A stretch of DNA of 64,000 nt, from positions 27,528,001 through 27,592,000 of the forward strand of contig JAQFVV010000001.1 of NCBI GenBank assembly GCA_028023455.1, in the 5' to 3' direction. Below the pieces are notes generated by a model, which saw only the letters and a program-made list of their open reading frames with translations, was not told the DNA's origin and ran no database searches. Numbering within the stretch: position 1 is the stretch's first letter; every line of letters begins with the position of its first letter. Shown in pieces: positions 14,269 to 27,704 of this stretch. The stretch comes from Epiperipatus broadwayi (lineage: Eukaryota; Animalia; Onychophora). A program made the translations under genes and the position numbers.

Positions 14269-17200
14269 AATGTACATTAATATTTAATTTTTCATAAGCA
14301 TATAGTTGCTTTCAAGTCACATGGGATTTATAATAAGATGGGGGAAAGTAAGAACTATATTCTTGAATTACTATAAGTAAATCAGGAAAGTTGAAAACTT
14401 CAAAATATTAGATTGAGAGCATCATATTAATTTATAAATTTGTGACTTGAAAATCATATGTTGCAGCATTCTTTATCTCTTAAATTTTTTTAAAATTAAT
14501 GTGATTCTGATATTTAATACCAAACAAAAAATTTTTCATTTAATTTTGTAAGTATAGAATAATTTTATGAAGTATTGCATTTGTTTTGGATTCAATTAAT
14601 ATTGGCGATATGATTCCTAAGATTATTTAATGCATTACAACTTTCTTTACTGAGAGTTCATGTTGTAAGTTCAAACAATCTAATCATGCCCTGATAATAT
14701 AGTAAATGCCTATAATCTTATATATGTTTTGCACATAATGATGGAATGATGTTAATTGGTTTGGGGAAATTGAATATTTTTAGTTATGTATTTGTTTTGT
14801 TGCTCAGCATAATTGGTGATGTATTTGAGTGAAACAGATCTTTTTTATGGACAAATATTTGGTCAAATAAGAATATTATTTTTTTGTCCTTTGATATCTT
14901 ACTTATTTTGATAAGCAGTGATTTTTATTGCAGCTTTAAAGTTAATTCATATATGTAATATAAACATTACACATGCATGCAGATATTTTATTTGGGAAAG
15001 TATGGCATTTAATTTAGATGTACTTTTAGCACTGATTGATTGATTTAAAAGCATTAATTAATTTCACCCTTTTTTTTTTTTTTTTTGGCAGTTTTTGTTA
15101 GGTAGAATCTGCTGTAATTTTAATGAATTTATTCTCAGCAATTGATTGGACAGTATCTAGGAATGTCAAAATTCATCGATCCATATGTGTGACATTTTTT
15201 CTTGTGAGAATTCAGTTCTGTTTGCTTAACATTTTCATTTGCATTTTTATAAATAAAACAATCTGTTCTTTTGCTGATTATTTCATTTTATTTAATAAAT
15301 TCTAATTAAAGGATAAAGCAGCTACCAACATGAGTTATTATTCTGAAACAGAAAATTTTTAATATGATTTGAATGAAATATTGGTGTAATTATAAATACA
15401 TTTTTTTTTTCTTCAAGATTAAAATTGTTTAAGTCAGCATGCATAAAAATATCTGAATGGATAATAAAGAACAAAAAAAAAAAAAATGAAGTTAAAAAAA
15501 AAAGATTTATGGTAATTTATTTAGATTTACTATGACTTATTTTAGTACTTTTATATTTTAGATGGAATTAAATTAAATGCTATCAATTTGATTCCAGTGA
15601 TTTTAAAAATTATTATTTCAATATTGTCTGTCATCTGTTTGGATTTTCAAGCTTGTGAGTGGCATATTCTTTTTTTATTATTCGGAATGACAGAGCAAAA
15701 CACATTTTGTTTAAAGTGAATGTTCAGATATTTGCTCAAATACCCACTTATGCTTTTGTTGATATTCATGGTAATATAATGTTAAAAAATATCAATACTT
15801 TTCACATCCTGCTTTGAGACAATTCAGTTTTATTTAATAGTTTATTTTTATAAATACTTTTTTTTTCTTGTTTAAAACTAAGACAGCAGTAAAGTTCAAC
15901 ATGTTGCTTTTGATATTTGAATTTCACATGACTTCTCAAGAATTAATTATTGGATTACCTTATTTGTTGTGTATCATTTAGTGCAGTCTAGCATGATGAA
16001 TTTAAAAGCCAAAGACTGCTGAATCAAACTCAAAATCTTATTTCTTGTGCTTGAATGTCACATGATAGTCTGAATAATTAACTATTCAATTATTACATTC
16101 ATTGTCCAATTTTTACATCCTCCAAAAAATATCTTATCTTAAATTTTGTGTATGTTCTTTTCCATATTTGTTATGTAAATATGCTGAATGCTAATCTATT
16201 GAATTAATTTAGTTCTGGATTCTTTGTTATCTGTGGTTGATCTATGGAAGCAAAACTATCCTAAATTATTTACGTTATTATTACCAATTTAAAATAAATC
16301 TGTTAATAGGAATTTTTCAACTTTTCTTGTAATAGTCTATAGATGTTAATCCACTTTTAGCTACAAATGTAATTGCATTACACTGAAGATTTGTTATATA
16401 TTTTACAGTAATACTATATATTTTTTTCCAATTTGCTTTCTCTCATTGTGCATATATTGTATACGAATTGAATAAATAAAGTTTAATTTTTATCTATTTT
16501 TCTACTATGAAAATAGTTTGTTATATTTAAATAGCGTATTTATCTGTAGTTTCTAGTCTCTCTATAGAATTCTCATAATAATAATGAAATATTTTGGTAT
16601 GCCTACTTATTTGAAAATATTTTAAATCTAAATATTTTAAGTGAATCAAAGGTTTTATTATAGTCAGTAAAGGCTATATTATATTGACTTGCTTTAAATA
16701 TTCTTTGGCTTTTCTTTTATTTAGCCACTGTGCATATACAATATAACTTATTTCTGATTCTATCATGAATTCACTTAGTATATTATGGCATTATTCTTTG
16801 ATATAAGACTTTAATTTTTATGGGATGTTCTTCATTGTAGCATTACTTTTATGAAATATAAGGCATTATACAATATGCTTTCATATTAATTATAGAAATG
16901 ACAAAATAATTTTATGCTTAATAACATTATTTTCAACATTATGTTTTTAAATGTTAGCAATCTATAAATGGTAATATTATTCATTATGTTTTGATAATTA
17001 CATTTTTATTTAAGGATGAAAACCCACTATATTCACACCCATCAGCTGTGTCTCTCATATAAATATTTCTTAAAAAGTGTATTTTTATTTTATGTGTGTG
17101 TATGTGTTTTTAATTAAGAAAAAAAAAAAGGATATATAATCAATAATTAAAATAAAAGCGGCTCTGAAGAAGACTGCAGGACAGTCACAATATAAGATTG

Positions 17201-20200
17201 TGCATGAATATAGGTCAATAAAAGGTTTTTGCTAAAAAGTGTTCAAAGTAGTGGGTAAATTGTATTTATATAAGATATTACAGCAAAATAAAGGAAGTGG
17301 TGAATTTGGTAATAGTTCTAATCAATAATCTGTTTCTTGTTTTCATTATCATTGATTATTATAGATAATTTAATCATACTCATTTTAAATGATATTGAAC
17401 TATGCCATATTATTTATTGACGATCTTATTGATTGCTTCAAATCACTCTATGACATTATTTTCCTTTATTATGCTATAATCTTATGAAGGTCTAAAACTT
17501 ATCCAAATTGAGAATTCTAGCTAATAATTAGTATAATGCTGTAGTACAATAGTTATTTTATTTTCAGTTTTTATTATGTATCTGTTGATATATATTTTTC
17601 TTAGTAGCAAGCTATTTAATTACTGAATCAATAGTTAGTATTTGAAATATATCATTTATTTTCATACAACTAAATTTTAGCTTCAATATGAAAACTATCG
17701 TGTTAAAAACATTTTTTTAAAAATTTGTTATTTGATTAATTATGCCTGCTGCTTCACTTACATTAGTAGAGTAAAATAAGGCAATATCTAATTGTTTTTA
17801 CAATTTCTATATTTAAAGTATTCAAATATGATAATAATATATGAATTATCAACAGCAATATCTCAAAAAATTTAACTTTTTACATCAGTTATACTACTGA
17901 ATAATCAACTTTTTATTGTTTTATTTTAAATATATTTCTCATTTATCAACTAATTAGTATTATTAATTCTTAAGCATACGTTCTGATATATATATATATA
18001 TATATATTGAGGTGGTATTTTTTTCATCTCGTAATTGAATATTTGATATATTATTTATATTTAATTTAGTAGAAAATAGATATTATATTTTCATGTAAAA
18101 TTTATTTATATATGGACTAAAATATGGGTAATACTAATCAATTAATTAATCACAAATCTAATTAAAGTTTTTTTTAATTATTCATTGGTATGTAAATGGT
18201 AATGGTGAGGGGTGGTATACTTCATTGTAGAAGATGTTTAAGCAAATAATTTAATTATAGATTTTTTTATAATTAAATGAGTCTTTAATTGCATTGAACA
18301 TTTAAGGATCAAGGATCTTATAAATCCAGTCGAAATGATAAGACATGGAATTTAAGTAATAAAAAATATTTGTGCTGCATTTTCTTTGTAAATGTTAGTA
18401 AAGATAGAACTGAAGTGCTAAATTTGAAGAAGAAAATGTTAAGTGAAAGGAGGGGGGAGGTATTCTGCAAAGACTATAAAACAAATTTATCTCGTTATAA
18501 GTTTCATCAATGTATTTTGGTTAGAGAAAACCATGATTTCTCTTGGAAATTCTTTTCCCCTAACTGTATATATGCCTAGTTGTGAAAGCAGAGCTATTGT
18601 GGCAAGGAATCATCAGCTAGCTAGCCAAAGCAGTATATCTATGCTAAAGCAGTCTTTTACCAATGTACCTGTGTGCATAAAGCTAGAAATGGCAACTTAC
18701 AGTTAATGGCAAAATCCCTTCCAACAATGTTTGTAAGCTGACTAACTTTAATCCCAAATTGATATTGATCAATTTTATTAATGTACATCGGATTTCATCA
18801 AGATACTTTAGGTCAACCTTCGAACTGGGTAATTATGAACTATTTTTGCAAAGATGCAATTAGACTCATTATTTGCTTAAAACTTGAACTGTTTGAGAAA
18901 TAATATTAGAAGCAAGGAAGCATATTGTAAATATTTAATTTTATTTACTTATAATATGTAACGTGTTCTTCATATATTAAATTTGTTTTATGATTTTATC
19001 TATACTTCTGCGATTATTTATAATATGATCTAATGAATGTTGGTTCGGTATGTTCCTTGGAGCTGATTCTGTAGAAATTATTTTACATCTAAAAAAGAGT
19101 TATCTTTTATTGATGTGGTTTTAGTTATTTCGTTTTTATTCTAAGTAACACAGATTGAGAGAGATTTTGGTATAATTAAATAAGGATGAATCTTGCTTGC
19201 AATAATGCATTAGGCAATCTCTACATTTAGATTACTCAAATAAGTTCACTTATGTTATGGGGTCATCCTTTATTGCACAGTAAATTCTGTTGTTCCCTTT
19301 TTAAATTACCATGTCAATTGTTTTAAGATGTTTCGCATATATCTTTCAAATATGTACTTTATTCGTTCCTTAATTCATAGTTATTTAGAATAGAATTCAG
19401 TTTTATTAAAAATTGATTGTAAAAGATTTTAGCGAGGAGACAGGAAGTTAGTTGTATGGGGATTTAAAATTATGGATCCAACAAATTCATTAGATTGTAT
19501 TAAAACATTGAATTAATAATAAAAAGATTTTAATATGCCTTAATTCTCACATGATGAATTTTATTTGTTAGTGTATTAAGAAATAAATTTTATTATTTTG
19601 ATAGTGGTACCTCCTTATCAAATTTTAGTCTGTTTAATGTAGTAATAGAGAGATATTTATCTCTGATCAATGTTCATGTATCTCAACAATTAGTTTATGG
19701 TTGTGAATATGATTGCTAAAAAAATAAACTATGACCAGCTCATTTGAAATGATTAATAAATGTATTCCTTTCTAGTATGGTTCCAAATGGCAACCTGCTG
19801 GTGCCCTGTAGTGGTCATATTGTTATCGTACATGCCAACTTTTACCATGACAATATATATAATGTCCAAGACAGGTTAAAACACAAAAACATGAAACAAA
19901 GTTGAATAATTACAAATAATATTTATTTGTAAATAATAATTAGTTTCATGGAATTTGTTCCTGGCATGCTATTTAGAAATTATAATATATTTAAATACTA
20001 TATTACTTTGAATTTAAGAAGCAGTAGGATTTTAAGCTCTGAATATTGGGAAAAAGAATTAAAAATGATTTTATTGAAAAATAAGAAACATTTTTATTTA
20101 CTTAAATAGAAATTGATGTAAATACAATAAGCTCACATAATTTATTGTGAGTCTTCCTCAAATACACCTTTACTTTACTATCCCACCAGGATAAATCATT

Positions 20201-20769
20201 TTCAGTGTCATTTAAATAGTTAGCAATGCAACATTTTAAGAAAGATTTTTTTAATTTTTTTAGGGATATTTTTCCAAGACTGCAAAACCTACTGAGCTAT
20301 TATAGAAGATGAACCTCATTTTATTTTACCAGTTGGTGTCAAAGAATAATCATCTCAATATAACAATACTTTTTAATAGATTCTCATTCTGTAAAAGATT
20401 TGGAGTTTACCAGTCATATCTGCTGGTATTATTACCACATCACAGTTTTTTTGTTTTTACTTTAAGCTTAATGTCATCCAATTATGGTCATTTACAGCCA
20501 TGCATTATAATTTCTTTGTCAATTTGCTTTCATGTAAAAATAAATTTTTCTACTAAAATCTGAATCATTCTTTTAAAATAATTAATATTTTATGAAAAAA
20601 AGTTTACCAATGTATACAAAAAGATTCTAAAATATGTTTTCACTTTGAAATTCAGAACAAAAATATTGAAACAGTCAAAATTGTTGAGAGATGCCCTCTT
20701 GCGTAGAGAACAAGAAACAACTAATCAGCACCTTGGAAAGGAGGTTTTTGTCACATTGTTATAAGTTTA

Positions 20770-20998
20770 AATCTTATTGATTTATTAGTTGTAAAAAAAT
20801 TCTAAAGGTTATTAAGTATAGTTGTTTCAATAAAATAATGGTAAAATTGGCAAAATAGCATAAAAAGCTTAAATATATGTTTTCAAAATAATCTTATTGA
20901 TTTACTGGTATTAGTTGTAAAAAAAAATCTAACAGTTATTCAGTACAGTTTTTTCAATAAAATAACAGTAAAATCAGCAAAATAATGTTAAAAGTAGC
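20770..20998. repeat. Degenerate tandem duplication (~120-bp unit)
   Basis: aatcttattgattta..ttagttgtaaaaaaa..caataaaataa..gtaaaat..gcaaaata occurs twice. Confidence 0.75.
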
Positions 20999-23900
20999 AG
21001 TTTGAGAGAGAGAGAGAGTTAAAGCCGTTTATGAAATTAATCCAAAAAATATTGACATTTAATGTTAAATCTTTTTTGTTTTGATTAAAAAGATTTAACA
21101 TGTTATTTTACACAACATATCAATTGTAATACTATGTGCATTTATAGCATAAAGCAAAAATCTGCAGATATAAGGTATTAAAAATTTATGTTTCAAATTT
21201 AAATCCCCCCTCCTTTTTTTACAGGTTCTAAATTTGGAAAAAAAGTGCATTTTAAATTCTAAGTAACAGTATGCATTTTCCCTCAAGGGTTTTATTATTA
21301 TTAAATTTTATTCTATTGATCAAAATCATGCATTTTTAATTTGAATAATTGCATATAATATTAATTTATATACAGTAATTAAGTTTTAAAAGATAATTCT
21401 TAGCATTCTATTTGTAATATGTATATATTTATGTTTTTCAATATATATAGTTATCTCTCTTTCTCTCTTGAATAGAATCATGCATTTTTCATTTAAGTAA
21501 TGCATATTATGTTGGCATATGGGAAAGGGAGATAAGATTCTTTTACTCTCCAGAATCACCAGATGATGCCCCTGTTCCTGGCTACAATACTGTAAATTTA
21601 TGTGATAGTTGGGTTTCTTTATGCATTAACATTAAGTGCCTAACTATTTAATCATTTTTATTCTTGTATATGGTTTAGTTAATAAATTTAATTAACTAAT
21701 ATTATTACTGACAATGGATGTAATGGTTATGTCAATGAACAAGTAAAAAAGTAACTGGTACTCTCTCCAAGCTGCCTGAAATGCTATCTTTGAATCAGTG
21801 CATGTATTATGTAATAATATTCTTTAGCTTTTACTACAAAATATGTAAGGTATTAGCATGCATTGCATATATGAAGGATAATAAAAAAATTTTTTTTAAA
21901 TGCTTACTGATTTTGAAAAATCTGTTAACTTTTGATCTTTTTCAAGTTAGAATGAAATTTTAATATCAAGATTTAATATATTTAAATTCAATAGAATTGT
22001 TTGAAAATTGACATATAACTAAGTTATATCATACTAATCTATTTGAAACACTTATCCTTTCAGCATGCCAACTAGTTTGATAGATATGGAACAGAGAGCA
22101 GGGAAAATATGAAAAATATTCAATAATTTTAAGTATTGCAGTTATTCTTTGAATTTTCATTTGGGTTAAATAATGGTCGCAAGAAAGCAGTTTAATTTTT
22201 TTCTTTTAATTTAATAACATTTTAAAAACTATTTTAAATTTTTAATGTGTACTTAGATGTTTAATATGTGTATATAATTATATATTTATAATAAATCACT
22301 AACTAAGTTTGCCATTTAAAATTGTTTTACAGTTTTCATTTTAAGTTAAAAAAGAAAATTGATATTTTTTTAAAACAATGATCATGAATTTTTTTTCTTT
22401 AGAATTTTTTTTAAACGACAGCTGTTTTATAATAGAAATTAAAAATTGTCAAAAAATTTTAAATATAAAATTTACTGATTTATTATACATATATAATTAT
22501 GTACACATACTAAATATATATATATAGTATATGGATATTTTTTGTATGGATATTTTTTGTATATAAATAGGAATAAAATGCATTTAATAAATACACAAGC
22601 TGCTAACATTAAAATATGAGATTTGTGGGATTTGAATTGATGATGTTTGCTTCTGCTTTGTTTTTTATGTTAATGGCAGTTGAGGCAAGTTTAAGAAATT
22701 AACTGAAAGTACTTATGCGGATTTAAGAATTGTTTATAATAGTTTATTACCATTAAATTTATTATTTTTATTATAATTGCAATTTTGTTTTAATTAATGT
22801 ACATTTTATTTATTTTATATATATTATTACAGTTTTATGTATAAAACTAATGGATGATTCTTATGCAAACATAAAATTCAATTCATATTTATTGCTTATA
22901 AATATTTGTTTGACTTATATTTAACAAAATTGAAAATTTGAAAAGCCAACTGATTTTATATTTGTTCTTACATATATTTATTAGTATTTTCAAAGATCAA
23001 ACCACAATCTAAGAATAAAGCATATATCATTTATTTTATAAGAAATGACTTGGTGTTTTCATTTAAAATTTATTATTTTTATTTTCTCTTTTTAGTACAG
23101 GAGTCATTAGTTAATATGGTAGATTTACAATCAACTAAATAGTAATATCATTGTTTTGGTTATTCATTCATTTAAGCCATCATTAATTGAAATATTAAAT
23201 CATATATAATCTTGTTTGTAAATTTGGGTTGGATCCAACAAAATTACCTTTGCTTCCAGTCTATATTTAGTAAATAATCAAATTGTTAGTTAAGTTAACC
23301 CTGAGAATTAACCACTTAACATGCCTTAGTCAATGCTCTTTAGTATCCAGGTTTATTCTATACATGGCTAGCTGAAGTAACAATATGGTTAATGACTAAA
23401 GCACATTCACTCAGGTATATGTTTTCTGTAGTATAGATAATTTGTCAACAATTACTTTATAAATTAGTAGTTTGTTCAAATAAAGTTAAACATCATAACC
23501 TAGTTCATTGTATTTTATATTCATTGGTTGGATTAATTTATCTTTTGTTATATTTATACTTTAATGAAAATTAATCAAAACCTGAGATACATGATAGTAG
23601 AAATAGATTGTCCATTTCAGTTAGCCCACAATTATTGGAGTGATTTCATTTCTATTTATACGTATACTATGTTCTATTACATTTGGTATCCCAATTGGGT
23701 CTTTTTACTACATTTGTTGCTGTCAATTATTAGGGCAAACAGACATTTCATTACATTTTGCAGCCCAATGTTTAAGGCAATTGCATCTCTTCATATGTAT
23801 ATTATATGTTCCATTACTTTTTGGCGTCTTGCAATGTAGCGCTTGATTATCTGATTGGAGGATGTTAGGTATACTAGTGCCACATGTGAGCTCGATTAAT

Positions 23901-24112
23901 TAATTGGTTAGTGGTTATAGACATTCCATTCCATTTTGGCATCCTAAACCTGAGGCTTGGTTAGTTAATGATTGCTGGCAACAAGTGTTCCATTACAATA
24001 TATATATCAATTACAAGTGTCCATCCAATTTAAAGTACAATATAGTTTTACATTTTTATTAAATGTGCCAATACTAAAAACTTAAAAATAATAGAGGTAA
24101 TTTTTTTTTTTT

Positions 24113-24392
24113 TATTAAATGCTTTTATTGACTGTACACTAAAAAAATAATGTAATTGTTTCTTCAATCACAATTGTTTTTATATTTAACTTGAAATAAA
24201 AGCATGGAAGGAGGTGTCCAGAAATTAATTAAGTTAATCCCTATTTTTTATAACAAGGGCTTGATTTAATTAATTTCTGGAACCTGTCTCCCCATGCTTT
24301 TATTCCAAGTTAAATCTAAAAACTCCAATTGTAGTTGAAGAAACAATTATTTTATTTCTTTTTAGTGCACAATCAATAAAAGTATTTATTAT
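24113..24392. mobile_element. Fold-back MITE-like palindrome (~280 bp)
   Basis: Arms ~24113-24242 and ~24256-24392 are reverse complements, e.g. aacttgaaataaaagcatgg..ccagaaattaattaa / ttaattaatttctgg..ccatgcttttattccaagtt. Confidence 0.8.
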
Positions 24393-26436
24393 AAAAATTA
24401 TTTTTATCTCTATTATATTCAATACTTTTTAATATTGTTTAAAATGTATACTTTATAAAGCATTTAATAAAAGATTGTTAATTATAATAAAATATTTTTA
24501 TTATAACTTAATTAAACAAATATTATGACAGTTGGACATACTTTAATGCAATAAAATTCAAATGCAAGAAAAAAAAAATAGATATAAGAATTTTAGAATA
24601 TACACTTACTGTCATTAGGCATGTAACTATTTTATAGTTGAAGATTTTCATTTGTTTCAAATGCTTAGCATATATTTGTCAATAGCCTCAAACTACCAAA
24701 TTTAACCAGTTATAATCCCTATTTAAAACTTAAATGATTTGTTACTATTTCATATTTAAACAATGAGTTATTCTTATAATATATTGTGTATTTCATTAAT
24801 GTTAATTTTAATATAATTTATCTGGTCTTTAAAAGTAATAGCAAATTATTTGTATTATAAATAGATCTTTACATAAGATTTTGATTTTTGTTTATTGTTA
24901 TATATACATTTTTTTCTAATATTGGGCTGACCTCATATAGGGTTGTCAAGAGTAAACCTGGGTTCCAATAACATTTTTCTACAGACCCCCTATAGATGAT
25001 TATGGTTTAATTTTTTTTTGTTTACTCATATTGCTATTATTTAGATTTTATACTTCATTTACAAATAAAATAATAAGTAATAATAATTTATTATAATAAG
25101 ACAACAAATAGATCTAGTTTTATTTTTTCAACTTGATTTGTTGGATCATTACTCCTCTTTTTAAACAAAGATTGCAATGAGCCCCAGTAATTTGTAATGA
25201 CTATAGCCCTGCCCTCAGGTATTGTCTTCATAATTATGCTAATTTTTTGAAAATTTTCAAAATTTGGTGGAACAATTCAGTTAACCTCATAGAGCACCAG
25301 TATTTTGCAGAACACTGGTTAAAAGCAACTAATATAGGCTCTATTTGCCATGATACTTTATTTGATTTTTTTTTTACTGGTTTGTCAAAAGTATTGACAA
25401 TTATTTATAGATTTGCATTTTTTTTCTCAGTTGTTTTTGTCATAATATGGTGTGAATCATAATGAAGTGATGTTTCATTAATTTGTACTCTGCTTGTGAT
25501 CATTTAGGGTTATTCTGGCTATGTTTTTATATCATTTCTTGTTGACTTAGAAATAGTTTGGTATATATTTTTTTCATCATTCTAGCATTTTGTATTATTC
25601 CTAGTAAACTGATATTTATCCTTTGAATTAACTCAAAAGAATTGTAATTCCTGTCACATTTAAGCATTAATTTTAATATGTTTATTTTGTTAAATTTAGT
25701 TGATAATATTTTTTTCATTGACAATATTATCTAAGTGTACTTTATGGTCTGACCTTGAACTATCTCATCATAATAATAAATATTACGATTTAACATAATT
25801 TTTAACCATTTACTTTTTAATATAAATAGATAGATAGTTTTTTTTTTGTTTTATTTTTTGATCCTTATATTTTTATAAAGTTAAATATTATGTAAATATT
25901 ATTGGTGAGTTTTTTTTTGAATGATTTTTATGTATTTTTGATTTTAAGAGATTTAAAGGTTGATAAAATTAATACATATCAGTGAGAAAGGATAGAATTT
26001 GAGTTCATTATTTCATAGAATATATTTTGCCTTGTGCACTTTAGTGCAGTGGTAAATCATGGACTCAAGAATTAATGATTTCTGGATTGAAATTCAATTC
26101 ACTAATCTTTGTAACTTAAATGTCATAAGACCTTTGCAATAAATTCAGTTAACATTGTTTCTTATACTGTAGAGTGACAGATTTGAGAGATCAAGGTTTC
26201 TAGATCAAAGTTCAACCTATCATTTCTGGTATGTTTGAATATTACATGATTTCTGAAACAATAAACTATTTGCTCTTTTTTTATTATAAAATATATCAAC
26301 ATAAATGTGATAAAATTTCACTGATATATTTACATAAATTAGAGGCAGGGCATGAGTTTGAAAAGGATTGTATAAGGATGATACAATTTACAGATAATAA
26401 AAGGGATAGAAAAATCAAAGATTCTATTTATATTAA

Positions 26437-27356
26437 CCCTTGGATAGAGTTCAACGCATTGTTGCAGACAAAGTGCCACCTGTGCTATTAGTACTCAATG
26501 CAATATTGCATTTTGAATTTCCTTTTACAACTGCTAGCAGATTTGTCAGAATATTTTCGTTTTTTCAATTTTAGCACATGCGTATATGATTCAGGTGTTA
26601 GTTTGTAAAGTTTCACATAGATGGCAGTTATAATTAATGATTTATTCATTTTTCTGTGGAGGGTAATTTGTAGCCCCATATTCACTGATTTTCCTACCTA
26701 TATTAGAGAAAAGATGTTCATCTTTGCTAATCTGCAAAATAATTTTCAATTTTTTTTAATAATTTGCATTATTCTTTCAATTGGTAAGTTATAATAATTA
26801 TTTATGATTTATTTTTCTTTTTTAAAAAATATTTCTATGAAAATAATGTAGATTATGAAAATATACAACGTTGTTTTGTCTTGAAAATTTTCAACATCAC
26901 GTTATGTTTGCTTATCTATAAATTTTTGAATATCTATTATATTTTTTTACAAAATATTTTAGGTTTTAGAAAGTATGTGAATCAAAACTTGATTTATATA
27001 TATTTTTATAATAATGTATTTTTAATAATAAAATAAACAGCATTTGTTTTTCATATATTTTGAGTCACGTGATAGCATATATATATATATTCATTTTTCA
27101 CCTCTCGTTATATCCATCGGGTTTTTTGGACAAAAAATATATAAATATGGTTTTCTTTCATATAAAATATAATTTACATTTTAGAATGTATATGACCCAA
27201 AAATTTTGATTTATATATATTTATAATTCAATAAATAAAATTAGCATTTCTTTTTCATATATTTTGAGTTACGTGATAGCATATATGCATATATCTGTAA
27301 TTGTATAAAGGTACAATTTGGGCCTCTTTTTTGAAAAAAAAAAAACTATGGAAAGG
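26437..27356. mobile_element. Possible non-autonomous piggyBac-type element
   Basis: TTAA|CCCTTGGATAG at the left end and CTATGGAAAGG|TTAA at the right end (8/11 inverted match). Internal duplicated segment ttttcatatattttgagt(c/t)acgtgatagcatatat at ~27050 and ~27250. Confidence 0.4.
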
Positions 27357-27704
27357 TTAATAATATTAAGCCAGTTTTGAATAGAGATTTGGGCATGAAA
27401 AAAATTTTGATATAAATATAAAGTTTTTTTGATATAAAATAAAAAATAAAAAATTTAGTTATATAACAAATAGAAAGAGGGAGCTGCTAATAATATAAGT
27501 GTAAAATTAAAGAGGGAAGTACTAAAAGTATAATGGTAAATGTTTTAAAATTTGAATTTAGAATTTGAAATTAGGAGATATAAGAGGTGGATTAAAATGT
27601 TTGAAAAAATAATATTATAAATTAAAATAGATTATAAATTATTGAATGAATAAATTAAAAATATTGATTGTTAGTAAAATATATAATAATGTAAAATATA
27701 AAAG

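Larger units (their letters stand above)
8400..23846 (+). pseudogene. Tentative decayed, intron-containing P-protein (OCA2)/ArsB-NhaD-family transporter-like pseudogene
   Basis: AG/GT-bounded pieces appear in the order of the OCA2 sequence as recalled from memory. 8553-8606 MCLHYFYAVTVFFTYGSQ vs MILVAIFSETGFFDYCAVK. 15562-15654 KLNAINLIPVIL vs RLCEVLNLDPRQVL. 19231-19279 + 19776-19874 YSN..MG..F.AHM..IYN vs VSN..MG..F..AHM..LYN. 20656-20743 LKQ..REQET..LGK vs LKH..REET..LGK. 22621-22684 FASALFFMLMAVE (GC donor) vs FAALFVLME. 23344-23414 AEVTIWLM vs GEQTALLI. In-frame stops at 14611 and 23622. Identity is low and some exons have alternative open frames. Confidence 0.4.

Noticed and set aside
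19776-21591. Class A GPCR (CWxP in frame WFQMATCWCP) or Frizzled-like reading of exon-like pieces
   Set aside because: No DRY or NPxxY in register, and the matches are short and mutually incompatible; the P-protein-like reading explains more pieces.
22616-22700. MRFVGFELMMFASALFFMLMAVE as the signal peptide of a secreted (e.g. venom) peptide
   Set aside because: No mature Cys-rich exon was found downstream; it is better explained as a transmembrane-segment exon of the putative pseudogene.
9130-23846. PIGQ/GPI1 similarity (GIKLN, LLPT, SDFIS)
   Set aside because: The motifs occur out of order relative to PIGQ and the conserved core is missing.
24950-25700. Possible piggyBac transposase remnant on the minus strand
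   Set aside because: Only vague resemblance, with no catalytic motifs or termini.
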